A program made the translations under genes and the position numbers. A stretch of 64,000 nucleotides of DNA from a plasmid, in the sequence record NZ_CP019209.1, one strand, 5' to 3'. Shown in pieces: positions 38,669 to 48,132 of the stretch. Numbering within the stretch: position 1 is the stretch's first letter; every line of letters begins with the position of its first letter. A model generated the notes under the pieces. That model was given only the letters and a program-made list of their open reading frames with translations. It had not been told where the DNA came from and made no database searches.

Positions 38669-38944
38669 AATCGTTCCTTCAAAACATGTCATTAAGTATT
38701 TAAAAAGCTAAAAGAGAAGCCATTGAAAGAAAAATTTTTGAATTTAATTTATGATGAAATTGCGATTGATCCATATAAGGGTGAACAAAAAACTGGGGAT
38801 TTATCAGGTATTTGGTCTAGTGGGTTCAAATATGCGGGCACAACATATAGAGTAGCTTACGAGATTATAGAAAACAAGGTTATTCCAGTATTGTTATGTG
38901 GAACGCATGAAAACTTTTATGAACAGTTGAAAAAATTAATCTAG
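38655..38944 (+). pseudogene. RelE/ParE-family toxin with a frameshift in an A-run
   Basis: Frame A gives LAYEIVPSKHVIKYLKS*. The remainder, KKLKEKPLKEKFLNLIYDEIAIDPYKGEQKTGDLSGIWSSGFKYAGTTYRVAYEIIENKVIPVLLCGTHENFYEQLKKLI, is in the next frame. One extra A in the A5 run near 38697 would restore a 96-aa toxin. Confidence 0.5.
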
Positions 38945-39105
38945 TGATTTGTTGTCGTTCTTAAGAAGGACGGCTTCTTTTTTATCGAAAATCTGATTCG
39001 TCTACATGACTAAAGTCGCGAGTATTCTCTGCTTCTCGATAAATTAAATAACGTCATTACTTTGAGGAAAGCTATAAATCAATATATTTCAGCTTTTCCT
39101 TATTT

Positions 39106-39150
39106 ATGTACTACCTTTTACTTATTAATTATAAGGTAGTACATATATAT
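39106..39150. promoter_or_regulatory. Palindrome upstream of parA (candidate operator or centromere-like site)
   Basis: ATGTACTACCTT-TTACTTATTAATTAT-AAGGTAGTACAT has 12-bp perfect arms. It lies just upstream of a TTGGTA…TATAAT promoter for parA. Confidence 0.4.
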
Positions 39151-39229
39151 CTTTTTTTTGGTAGTAACTAAAAATAAATATGTTATAATAGTATCAAATG
39201 AATATTGCTAAAAGAAAAGAGGTAGGAAC

Positions 39230-40087
39230 GTGGTAGCGAAGAAATATGTAATCGGTAATTTTAAAGGTGGCGTAGGTAAAAGTACGTGCGCGCAAATGTT
39301 AGGGTTTGAATCAGCAGTTAATGAAGGAAAAAGAACCTTGATAATTGACTTGGATATGCAAGGAAATACTTCTGATGTGATGAACTTAACGCATATGAAC
39401 TTCACTAACGAAGAAGGAGGCGGAGAAGGTGAACCGATTGTTTACGAAAATACTGTGACTGACGTGTTGATAAACAATCTTCCACCTAAAGAGGCTGTCT
39501 ATAAAGTAATCAATAACCTCTATATACTTCCAGCAGACATGTCCTTTGAAATGTATGATGATTGGATCAAAGACCAATATAATGATTCATTATCCCAATT
39601 CAAATATATGAAAGAAAAGCTAGAACCATTATTTGATGAGTTTGACGTCATCTATTTAGATGTCCCACCTTCTATTTCTGTATATAGTAAATCCGCGATG
39701 TACATTGCGGATTGGGCAATCGTCGTCTTACAGACCCAAGTAAAATCGATGAGAAATGCGATGCAATATCTTGAGTATATGGACTTTTTTGTGAAAGAAT
39801 TTGATACAAATTTATATGTTGCTGGTGTTATTCCTTTCATGTTGGAAAGCGGTGACGCAGTAGATCAGGAAATGTATAAACAAGCCCAAGAGATTTATGG
39901 GGAACATTTGATTAAAAATGTTGTACTCAAAAATGCGCGCTTAAAACGATACGACGGATCAGGTATTACGATGGAGAAGACAAAGAAAGGTCTCTTAAAA
40001 CAATGGGATCGCAAAAGCCACGAATTATTTATCAGTATTTTGAAAGAATTGGAAGAACACGAGAATTGGTATGCGGAGGTGGAGTAA
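39230..40087 (+). CDS. ParA/Soj-family partition ATPase
   Basis: Deviant Walker A KGGVGKST, then the ParA core. Probable start at a GTG with a ribosome-binding site. Confidence 0.8.
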   Translation: MVAKKYVIGNFKGGVGKSTCAQMLGFESAVNEGKRTLIIDLDMQGNTSDVMNLTHMNFTNEEGGGEGEPIVYENTVTDVLINNLPPKEAVYKVINNLYILPADMSFEMYDDWIKDQYNDSLSQFKYMKEKLEPLFDEFDVIYLDVPPSISVYSKSAMYIADWAIVVLQTQVKSMRNAMQYLEYMDFFVKEFDTNLYVAGVIPFMLESGDAVDQEMYKQAQEIYGEHLIKNVVLKNARLKRYDGSGITMEKTKKGLLKQWDRKSHELFISILKELEEHENWYAEVE

Positions 40088-40636
40088 TTGGCTGACATCA
40101 AAGGACTTGATATTTTTGGGAACAACAAAGGACTCGCCAAAATAAAAAAAGAAGCAGAAGCAAAGAAAAAGCAGCAAGCAATTACACCATCTGAAAATAA
40201 GCAATTAGAAGTGCACCAAGTTCAAGAAATAAAAACTTCCTCCAATGTTGAAAGACAGAGTAGAGGAAGAACAAAAAAAGTTGGCGCACCAATCAGAAAG
40301 TTTGATAAGGTTTATTCCACCAAGCATCCTTTAAAACTGTCGACTTTGTTAAATGCGACTTCCAGAGTTTTAGTAGAAAAGTATGAGACTAATATGACAA
40401 GAGATGAATTGCTTAGAAAAGCTTTAGATGAGTATATTAAACAGAATCTTACGCAAGAAGATAAGCAAGATTTGTTTAATGACGTGGTGAAAGAACTAGA
40501 CTTGTTCAGAGAAAAATATCCAATTGTTCCAGAATTAGATGATCGTGGAGAAATAATAAGAACTACCAGTCAGATAAAACAAGATACCGAAGACTCACTG
40601 CGCAAAGGGTGGGGAATGAATAATAAAGTTAGATAA
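40088..40636 (+). CDS. Partition adaptor protein (ParB/ParG-like, PrgO-like)
   Basis: 182-aa charged protein immediately downstream of parA. The position and composition suit a centromere-binding protein. Low sequence-level certainty. Confidence 0.45.
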   Translation: MADIKGLDIFGNNKGLAKIKKEAEAKKKQQAITPSENKQLEVHQVQEIKTSSNVERQSRGRTKKVGAPIRKFDKVYSTKHPLKLSTLLNATSRVLVEKYETNMTRDELLRKALDEYIKQNLTQEDKQDLFNDVVKELDLFREKYPIVPELDDRGEIIRTTSQIKQDTEDSLRKGWGMNNKVR

Positions 40637-40697
40637 TAATCAAAGAAGAACTAAGTAACTACCTTTAAACGGTAGTTACTTAGTTCTTCTTTGATTT
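40635..40697. terminator. Long perfect hairpin (23-bp stem) immediately after the parB-like gene
   Basis: CAAAGAAGAACTAAGTAACTACC-TTTAAAC-GGTAGTTACTTAGTTCTTCTTTG. This is a terminator or a protein-binding palindrome. Confidence 0.45.
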
Positions 40698-40895
40698 GCA
40701 TGAAATAGAGGGGATTTATTTTTCTGGTTACGTGATTAAAAAATCCAAAAAATGAGCATAGGAACGGTTATGATTTTAGGGTGTGTTTTAATGAGATATT
40801 GTGATTTCATTAACAAGTGTATGATAATCTGTTGTTGAGTTAGTAAATAAGTAATAGAGCTAACTCTAAAATAAAACTATTAGGAGGAGATGTAG

Positions 40896-41192
40896 GTGAA
40901 AAAGTTTAAAAAGAAAATATATTTAGGATTGGTTGTTGGGGTGAGTATGTTTGGGTTCATGGCTCATACTAAACAAGTAACTGCAGATACTAACCAAAAA
41001 GAAAGGATTATGAGCCAATTAGATGACTCTCAAATAAGTATGTACCCAATGAGCTAATTGTCAGTTTAAAGGCTACACAAAGAATTTCAACAGAGAAAAA
41101 TAAACCGCAAAATTTATTGGGTGTAAAAGTTATGGTGGAAAAAGATTTGACTCTTAGGACAAATGAAAGCGATTGTAATAAGCGAGATCAAG
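40896..41192 (+). pseudogene. Subtilisin-like (S8) protease, N-terminal signal/propeptide fragment, frameshifted and truncated by IS1216
   Basis: Strong ribosome-binding site AGGAGGAG, a GTG start, a signal peptide (KKIYLGLVVGVSMFGFMAHTKQVTA|DT), then after a frame change …PNELIVSLKATQR…LGVKVMVEKDL…, resembling the I9 propeptide block. The frame ends at the IS inverted repeat. Confidence 0.3.
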
Positions 41193-42000
41193 GGTTCTGT
41201 TGCAAAGTTTTCCAAAAAATCTATTTTAGTGTAAAATTGAGAAAAAAGACAGAGAGGACAGAGTAATGAATCATTTTAAAGGCAAACAATTCAAAAAAGA
41301 CGTCATTATTGTCGCTGTTGGTTACTACCTGCGTTACAATCTAAGCTATCGTGAAGTTCAGGAATTGTTATATGATCGTGGAATAAATGTTTGTCATACT
41401 ACGATTTATCGTTGGGTACAAGAGTACAGCAAAGTCCTCTATTATCTTTGGAAGAAGAAAAATAGACAATCCTTCTATTCATGGAAAATGGACGAAACCT
41501 ATATCAAAATTAAGGGACGTTGGCATTATCTTTATCGTGCAATTGATGCGGACGGCTTAACCTTAGATATCTGGTTACGAAAGAAACGGGATACGCAAGC
41601 AGCCTATGCTTTCTTAAAACGACTCCATAAACAGTTTGGTGAGCCGAAAGCAATTGTGACCGATAAAGCACCTTCTCTTGGCTCCGCCTTTAGAAAGTTA
41701 CAGAGTGTGGGTTTATATACTAAGACAGAGCACCGAACTGTGAAGTATCTTAACAATTTAATAGAACAAGACCATCGACCTATTAAACGACGAAATAAAT
41801 TTTATCAAAGTCTCCGTACAGCCTCTTCCACGATTAAGGGCATGGAGACCATTCGAGGAATATATAAAAAGAACCGAAGAAATGGAACGCTCTTCGGCTT
41901 TTCGGTGTCTACTGAAATCAAGGTATTAATGGGAGTAACAGCCTAAGATATTTGGAGTTCAGAGAGGGCGCGTTTGATTTTCAAACTTCGCAACAGAACC
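41193..42000 (+). mobile_element. IS1216-like IS6 element, variant B, copy 4 (intact)
   Basis: 808 bp with inverted repeats GGTTCTGTTGCAAAGTTTTCC…GCAACAGAACC and a 226-aa transposase about 85% identical to variant A. Confidence 0.85.
41266..41946 (+). CDS. IS6-family transposase (variant B)
   Basis: MNHFKGKQFKKDVIIVAVGYYLRYNLSYREVQELLYDRGINVCHTTIYRW…, full length. Confidence 0.9.
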   Translation: MNHFKGKQFKKDVIIVAVGYYLRYNLSYREVQELLYDRGINVCHTTIYRWVQEYSKVLYYLWKKKNRQSFYSWKMDETYIKIKGRWHYLYRAIDADGLTLDIWLRKKRDTQAAYAFLKRLHKQFGEPKAIVTDKAPSLGSAFRKLQSVGLYTKTEHRTVKYLNNLIEQDHRPIKRRNKFYQSLRTASSTIKGMETIRGIYKKNRRNGTLFGFSVSTEIKVLMGVTA

Positions 42001-42392
42001 ATGTTGCCAATATCGATTTATTTGATTCAGAACACATTCAAACTGAAGATAATAGTGACAACTCAACTCTAAATAGTCATATATCAATCATATTTGGAGA
42101 ATCATTATATACTGGGAAATCATATAGAGATGTATTTACGCAATTAGTTTCTAATTTAGTATTATCCGCAGAGTTGGATAAATTGATTCCTTTAATGAGT
42201 CCTAATGAACCCACTACAGTACAAATACTTGGCAATAGAGAACATATATCAGCTAAAGGGGCGAAGTTGACTAAACCAATAGAACTAACTAAATACCATA
42301 TGTATGTTAATTTTTCAAAAATAGGCTTATACAATCAAATCAAAAAATTAGCTGAACTGACTGGGAAAAAAGTTATATTTGAAAGGTGGTAA
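42001..42392 (+). pseudogene. C-terminal fragment of an unknown protein, truncated by IS1216
   Basis: The ORF-track start (MEFREG…) lies inside the IS inverted repeat. The real remnant, …IDLFDSEHIQTEDNSDN…KVIFERW*, is not recognised. Its stop overlaps the downstream recombinase start. Confidence 0.3.
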
Positions 42393-42397
42393 TTCAT

Positions 42398-42988
42398 ATG
42401 GTTCAACAGATTGTTTTACCTATCAAAGATTCAAATATTTTAAAAATGGTTCAAGATACACTCCTTGATAGCTTTCATGCTGGACGTCGTAACTATACGA
42501 TATTCCAAGTGGGGAAAGCCACTCTCTTAAGGGTAAGTGATGTCATGAAACTTAAAAAATCAGATGTCTTTAATCCTGATGGAACGGTTAAACAAACCGC
42601 TTTTATTCATGATCAAAAAACAGGAAAAGCGAATACGTTATATTTGAAACCAGTACAACAAGATTTATTAATTTATCATGATTGGCTGGTCCAACAAAAT
42701 CTTAATTCTGAGTGGTTGTTTCCCTCAACGACTCACCCAGACCGTCACATCACCGAGAAGCAATTTTATAAGGTCATGGCACGTGTTGGTGATCTTTTAG
42801 GAATCAACTATCTAGGGACGCATACCATGCGTAAAACAGGCGCTTATCGTGTTTATACGCAGTCGAATTATAATATTGGTTTAGTCATGCATTTATTAAA
42901 CCATTCAAGCGAAGCCATGACTTTAACCTATCTTGGGTTAGATCAAGCCAGTCGAGAAACGATGTTAGACCAAATAGATTTTGGATAA
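42398..42988 (+). CDS. Small tyrosine recombinase (catalytic domain only, about 196 aa; invertase/resolvase-like)
   Basis: …GRRNYTIF…HTMRKTGAYRVY…HSSEAMTLTYLG… carries the R…H-x-x-R…Y tyrosine-recombinase catalytic motifs. It has no N-terminal arm-binding or SAM-like domain. Confidence 0.6.
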   Translation: MVQQIVLPIKDSNILKMVQDTLLDSFHAGRRNYTIFQVGKATLLRVSDVMKLKKSDVFNPDGTVKQTAFIHDQKTGKANTLYLKPVQQDLLIYHDWLVQQNLNSEWLFPSTTHPDRHITEKQFYKVMARVGDLLGINYLGTHTMRKTGAYRVYTQSNYNIGLVMHLLNHSSEAMTLTYLGLDQASRETMLDQIDFG

Positions 42989-43033
42989 TGTTTTTTATTT
43001 AAAAAGAGGGACAATCATTATGTTAAAAAATTA

Positions 43034-43481
43034 GGTTCTGTTGCAAAGTTTTCCAAAAAATCTATTTTAGTTTAAAATTGAGAAAAAAGACAGAGAGGAC
43101 AGAGTAATGAATCATTTTGGTGAGCCGAAAGCAATTGTGACCGATAAAGCACCTTCTCTTGGCTCCGCCTTTAGAAAGTTACAGAGTGTGGGTTTATATA
43201 CTAAGACAGAGCACCGAACTGTGAAGTATCTTAACAATTTAATAGAACAAGACCATCGACCTATTAAACGACGGAATAAATTTTATCAAAGTCTCCGTAC
43301 AGTCTCTTCCACGATTAAGGGCATGGAGACCATTCGAGGAATATATAAAAAGAACCGAAGAAATGGAACGCTCTTCGGCTTTTCGGTGTCTACTGAAATC
43401 AAGGTATTAATGGGAATAACAGCCTAAGATATTTGGAGTTCAGAGAGGGCGCGTTTGATTTTCAAACTTCGCAACAGAACC
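43034..43481 (+). mobile_element. IS1216-like variant B, copy 5, with an internal in-frame deletion of about 360 bp
   Basis: Both inverted repeats are intact. The transposase reads MNHF|GEPKAIVTDKAPSLGS…, so codons 5 to about 125 are missing. Confidence 0.75.
43107..43427 (+). pseudogene. IS6 transposase with internal deletion (N-terminal DDE residues lost)
   Basis: 106 aa, aligning only to the C-terminal 100 aa of the copy 4 transposase. Confidence 0.7.
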
Positions 43482-43735
43482 AAATAGTCTATACAGTAGA
43501 AGATGCCGATGAGCAAAATATCACATTACCTGTATTCAATTATTGGGGAACAGTTGTGAAAGTAAATGGGAAAAAGAGCACTATAGAAAATGACAATGGT
43601 TTAGTGTCTATTAAAGGTACGGGAAAAAGAACTATAGTTGAGGTTTCATCTACGTATCCAACTACGATGATTCTATCTTTATTAATTAGTTCAATAACTT
43701 TTATATTCTTATTTACACGTTATTTAATAAGATGA
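43482..43735 (+). pseudogene. C-terminal fragment of a cell-surface/membrane-anchored protein
   Basis: …GTVVKVNGKKSTIENDNGLVSIKGTGKRTIVEVSSTYPTTMILSLLISSITFIFLFTRYLIR* has a C-terminal hydrophobic anchor and a basic tail. The start lies inside the IS inverted repeat, so it is truncated. Confidence 0.3.
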
Positions 43736-43740
43736 TAGCG

Positions 43741-45052
43741 TAAAATATTTTGTGTAAATAGATATTTAGGGTAGAAAAAAAGAAAGTCCATTCTGTAAAA
43801 TTAAAGTTACCACAACCAAAATTTTATAGGAGGACTTTCTCATGCCCAATTTTACTACAGAAATTATGGAAACACTAATCAATAAAGGTGATTTAGATGA
43901 ATTATTTCGATGTCATTTAGAATTAGCTGTTAATTCATTATTGCAGGCTGAATTAACAGCTTTTCTTGATTATGAAAAATATGATCGTGCTGGGTTCAAT
44001 TCAGGTAATTCCCGTAATGGGAATTATTCACGTTCATTCAGAACAGAGTATGGAGAATTAAATTTGGTGATTCCTAGAGATAGAAATGGTAAGTTTTCTC
44101 AACAAACTTTACCTGCTTATAAAAGAACCAATGACTCTTTAGAAACCACTATTATTCAGCTATTTCAAAAAGGAATTACTATGTCTGAAATCTCTGAATT
44201 GATTGAAAAAATGTACGGGCATCACTATACGCCACAAACCATTTCAAATATGACTAAAATAGTTTCTGAAGATATTATTGCCTTTAAAGAAAGGTCCTTA
44301 GAATCCAGATACTCTGTCATTTTTATGGATGCTACTCACATTCCTTTAAAAAGACAAACTGTTTCAAAAGAAGCAGTTTATATTGTAATTGGCATTCGAT
44401 TAGATGGAACCAAAGAGGTTCTTGGGTTTAGTCTTGCTCCAACTGAATCTGCTTATGTTTGGAAAGAGATTCTTCAAGACCTAAAAGACCGTGGTTTAAA
44501 AGAGGTTTTATCAGTCGTAACTGATGGTTTAAGTGGCATTAACGATAGTATTCATAGTGTTTATCCAAATGCTCAATTTCAACAATGTTGTGTCCATATA
44601 TCTAGAAATATCGCTCATAAGGTTCGTGTTAGTGATCGACAAGAAATCTGTAGCGATTTCAAATTAGTTTATCAAGCAAGTTCAAAAGAAGAAGCAAATA
44701 ATCAAATAAGGTTTATGATAGATAAATGGAAAAAGCAGTATCCACGAGTGGTTAAATTGCTCATGAATCCTGCTATATTAACCTTTTATAATTTCCCTCC
44801 GTCAATCAGAAGAACTATTTATTCAACTAATTTGATTGAAGGTTTTAACAAACAATTAAAGAAATATACCAAAAGAAAAGAGCAATTTCCTAATGAAGAA
44901 TCTCTGGAGAGATTTCTAGTATCTCAATTCAACAACTATAATCAAAAGTTTCTATGCCGAGTTCATAAAGGTTTTAAAGAAATACATGATACATTAGAAT
45001 CAATGTTTTAACTTGATCAACAGAATGGGCTTTTCCATTTACACATAATTCT
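43741..45052 (+). mobile_element. IS256-family insertion sequence (distinct member)
   Basis: Ends GTAAAATATTTTGTGTAAATAG… and …CCATTTACACATAATTCTTGAC enclose a 389-aa IS256-family transposase. The same left end recurs at 51143. Confidence 0.6.
43842..45011 (+). CDS. IS256-family transposase
   Basis: 389 aa (MPNFTTEIMETLINKGDLDELF…), with the mutator-type DDE core. Confidence 0.8.
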   Translation: MPNFTTEIMETLINKGDLDELFRCHLELAVNSLLQAELTAFLDYEKYDRAGFNSGNSRNGNYSRSFRTEYGELNLVIPRDRNGKFSQQTLPAYKRTNDSLETTIIQLFQKGITMSEISELIEKMYGHHYTPQTISNMTKIVSEDIIAFKERSLESRYSVIFMDATHIPLKRQTVSKEAVYIVIGIRLDGTKEVLGFSLAPTESAYVWKEILQDLKDRGLKEVLSVVTDGLSGINDSIHSVYPNAQFQQCCVHISRNIAHKVRVSDRQEICSDFKLVYQASSKEEANNQIRFMIDKWKKQYPRVVKLLMNPAILTFYNFPPSIRRTIYSTNLIEGFNKQLKKYTKRKEQFPNEESLERFLVSQFNNYNQKFLCRVHKGFKEIHDTLESMF

Positions 45053-45066
45053 TGACGCAACCAATA

Positions 45067-46391
45067 AGGATAAAGTCCATATAATTGTGTAAAAGATAAA
45101 AGGCCATGTAACAGCCCTTTTACGGTACAATGTTTTTAACCACAAAAACATACCCAGGAGGACGTTACATGACCCAAGTACATTTTACACTGAACAACGA
45201 AGAGGTTCAAAGTATTATTGAATATTCGGTAAAAGATGAAGTTTCTAAAAATATTTTGACCACTGTTTTCAACCAATTGATGGAAAATCAACGAACAGAA
45301 TATATTCAAGCCGATGACTATGAACGTTCAGAAAGTCGTCAGAGTCAAAGAAATGGCTATTATGAGCGAGACTTTACGACTCGTGTGGGCACACTCGAGT
45401 TAAAAGTGCCTAGAACACGTGATGGTGAATTTTCACCGACGGTGTTTGAGCATTATCAGCGAAATGAAAAGGCACTGCTCGCTTCAATGCTTGAGATGTA
45501 TGTTTCAGGCGTTTCGACACGTAAAGTTTCAAAGATTGTTGAAGAGCTATGTGGAAAATCGGTATCGAAATCTTTTGTTTCTAGCCTGACTGAGCAGTTA
45601 GACCCGATGGTCAACGAATGGCAGAACCGTTCACTCTCAGGTACGAGTTATCCTTATCTGATGACTGATGTTCTCTACATAAAAGTCCGTGAGGACCATC
45701 GAGTGCTTTCTAAAAGCTGCCATATTGCGATCGGGATAACAGAAGGTGGTGATCGTGAAATCATTGGCTTCATGATCCAAAATGAAGAAAGTGATGACAC
45801 ATGGTCCATCTTCTTTGAATACTTAAAAGAACGCGGTCTACAGGGGACAGAACTCATCATTTCTGATGCCCATAAAGGCCTAGTGTCTGCAATTCGTAAG
45901 TCATTTACCAACGTAAGTTGGCAGAGATGCCAGGTCCATTTTTTAAGAAACATCTTCAGTTCCATTCCAAAAAAGAATTCAAAACCGTTTAGAGAAGCAG
46001 TAAAAGCGATCTTTAAGTTTACGGATATTGAACTCGCTCGAACAGCTAAGAATGCCTTAGTCGGTGAATATATCGACCAGTCTAAATATACAAAAGCTTG
46101 CGAAACATTGGATAATGGCTTCGAAGATGCCTTTCAATACACGGTTATCGGAAATGGTCACAATCGGCTAAAAAGCACCAACCTTCTTGAACGACTGAAC
46201 CAGGAAGTCCGCAGAAGAGAAAAGATTATTCGGATTTTTCCCAACCGAACGTCTGCCAATCGATTAATTGGAGCTGTCCTTATGGACCTTCATGACGAAT
46301 GGCTCAGTTCTACAAGAAAATATATTAAGTTTGATCAATGAGAGACCGGTAAAACATTGTATAGTATTTTACACAGGATTATGGACTTGAC
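45067..46391 (+). mobile_element. IS256 (canonical, about 1.32 kb), inserted 14 bp from the neighbouring IS256-family element
   Basis: Left inverted repeat GATAAAGTCCATATAATTGTGTAAAAG; right end …TTTTACACAGGATTATGGACTTGAC. Confidence 0.8.
45169..46341 (+). CDS. IS256 transposase
   Basis: MTQVHFTLNNEEVQSIIEYSVKDEVSKNILTTVFNQLMENQRTEYIQ… is near-identical to the IS256 transposase (recalled). The ORF-track start at 45130 is a spurious extension. Confidence 0.9.
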   Translation: MTQVHFTLNNEEVQSIIEYSVKDEVSKNILTTVFNQLMENQRTEYIQADDYERSESRQSQRNGYYERDFTTRVGTLELKVPRTRDGEFSPTVFEHYQRNEKALLASMLEMYVSGVSTRKVSKIVEELCGKSVSKSFVSSLTEQLDPMVNEWQNRSLSGTSYPYLMTDVLYIKVREDHRVLSKSCHIAIGITEGGDREIIGFMIQNEESDDTWSIFFEYLKERGLQGTELIISDAHKGLVSAIRKSFTNVSWQRCQVHFLRNIFSSIPKKNSKPFREAVKAIFKFTDIELARTAKNALVGEYIDQSKYTKACETLDNGFEDAFQYTVIGNGHNRLKSTNLLERLNQEVRRREKIIRIFPNRTSANRLIGAVLMDLHDEWLSSTRKYIKFDQ

Positions 46392-46559
46392 TTTTGGACC
46401 TAGCAAACAATATTAATGAGGTCATTAAATCTTATTATCTTTAGTGATATAACGAAATATCTACACAGACAAAATTATGATCTTGCGTAAAGTTATAAAA
46501 TATTAATAAAAATCGTAAATTTCAAGTTTAAGTTAGCCACTACAGGTAACTCATTTGTT

Positions 46560-47845
46560 TGATACCGTAACTGCCTCGTTATTCTAAATCAGTGAGGCCT
46601 TGATAATGAACTGAGGTATGATAGTCTTCAGACGATTCTGGCCCCAGGCCAGCTTTCCAGACATGAAGCCATGTCCCGAGTGAGGATCGTTATCAAGGAA
46701 TAATGGGTCAAGCCACCAACCGTTCTTGCTTGAATGCCTGGACGAATGTATCATGTGGTGTCGCATAACCCAAAATTTTCCGCGGGTAATCGTTCATCCA
46801 ACGCTGGATCCGCAAAATCTGGTTCTCGCTCACCTCACTAATCGGGCTTCCCTTGGGGACGAAACGGCGAATTAATTTGTGCTGGTTTTCGCTCGTCCCA
46901 CGCTCCCAAGAAGCATAGGGGTGGCTGAAATAGACGTCAGCTACATCTTGCAGAGCATCGTGTAGCCCAGAAAACTCCGAGCCATTGTCGGATGTAACGG
47001 TCTTAAATAATTGATCGAAGTTAGCGCCAGCCCGTTCTCTTAGCTGTTGAACCGCTTGGTCCACCGATTCGGTGTCCTTCCCGTTCAACTTTAGGATGAC
47101 TTCAAAGCGTGTCTGCCGTTCAGCCAGCGTCAGCAGCACGGCATCCGACTTGGTCTTGTTTCCCACTACCGTGTCGATTTCCCAATGACCGAACGTTTCC
47201 CGTGTTTCAACTTCTTTAGGGCGTTCTTCAATTGACGTCCCGAGAACACGCTTGTTGGGACGGTGTCCTGGGCGGACCGCTTTGATTTTACGGGACAGTT
47301 TTTCAAGCAAGTCCATGTTCTTTGTTCGCATGATTCCGCGGTCAATCCATTGATAAAGAGCGGTTGTGCCAGGAATGATGGCACAATCGAACAGCTCGTG
47401 TTTTCTGGCAAATCCGACCACGACGTCCGGCGACCATTTTTCATTTAACATTTTGTCATCTGCCCAATCAATGAAGGCATTTGTGTTCGCCCATTTGGGG
47501 CGTCTGCCACAGTTCAGTCGTTGCTTTTCATAGAAGGCCTGTCCTGCATCAGCGTCATAAACAGAATAGTAGGTGTCATACACTTTTCCATTTTGCGTTT
47601 GGCGTTTTAACTGGGTGATGGTTCCGCGATCAATCTCATTGTTTATGGTTTGCGGAACACGTCCCAGCACTTTGGCAACCTGACGGTTGGAATAGCCTTC
47701 CTTTTTCAGGATAGCGATTTGGCAACGTTCTGAGTAGGAAAGATGTTTTCCCTTGCGTGAAACTGTGTTATCATGGGTTTGCGTCATGTGAATTCATCCT
47801 TGTCTATTGAGAGTTGTGGTAACTTCAATATAACATGGAATTCAC
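46560..47845 (-). mobile_element. IS30-family insertion sequence (second, different member); boundaries approximate
   Basis: 359-aa IS30 transposase with about 150 bp downstream and about 55 bp upstream flank. Inverted repeats not confidently identified. Confidence 0.45.
46708..47787 (-). CDS. IS30-family transposase
   Basis: 359 aa with an HTH (…LSYSERCQIAILKKEGYSNRQVAKVLGR…) and a DDE region (…HWEIDTVVG…DNGSEF…). Confidence 0.85.
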   Translation of the reverse strand: MTQTHDNTVSRKGKHLSYSERCQIAILKKEGYSNRQVAKVLGRVPQTINNEIDRGTITQLKRQTQNGKVYDTYYSVYDADAGQAFYEKQRLNCGRRPKWANTNAFIDWADDKMLNEKWSPDVVVGFARKHELFDCAIIPGTTALYQWIDRGIMRTKNMDLLEKLSRKIKAVRPGHRPNKRVLGTSIEERPKEVETRETFGHWEIDTVVGNKTKSDAVLLTLAERQTRFEVILKLNGKDTESVDQAVQQLRERAGANFDQLFKTVTSDNGSEFSGLHDALQDVADVYFSHPYASWERGTSENQHKLIRRFVPKGSPISEVSENQILRIQRWMNDYPRKILGYATPHDTFVQAFKQERLVA

Positions 47846-48132
47846 GTGGCGTTTTTTTTATTTTAAATGGCTAAGTTCATTATAAAATCCGCCTATTAAT
47901 AAAAATATTTTATTAATGAAAAGCTTGGTAGCACGGTTATTCATATGCTAATTTATTTCACTTTATAGTAAGGGGAGTTCTTAGTATATTGTTCAAACTT
48001 AAATTTCATATAATTTAATTATGTAAATTAGCTATTCTAAGAACTTCTACGGATAACTGCCCGTCTAAAATTTAAATAAGAGCTTAGAATCTTCATATAA
48101 GTAAGGTTAATTTTTTTGTACAAAAAAGTCGG

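Noticed and set aside
41952-42392. ORFs 41952-42392 and 43433-43735 reported as starting with MEFREGAFDFQTSQQN…
   Set aside because: The first 16 or so codons lie inside the IS1216 right inverted repeat (GTTTGATTTTCAAACTTCGCAACAGAACC). These are IS-truncated genes read through the repeat, not genuine starts, so they are annotated as fragments.
46584-46766. 60-aa minus-strand ORF overlapping the 3' end of the IS30-family transposase
   Set aside because: It lies within the IS30 downstream flank and transposase C-terminus in another frame. It is spurious.
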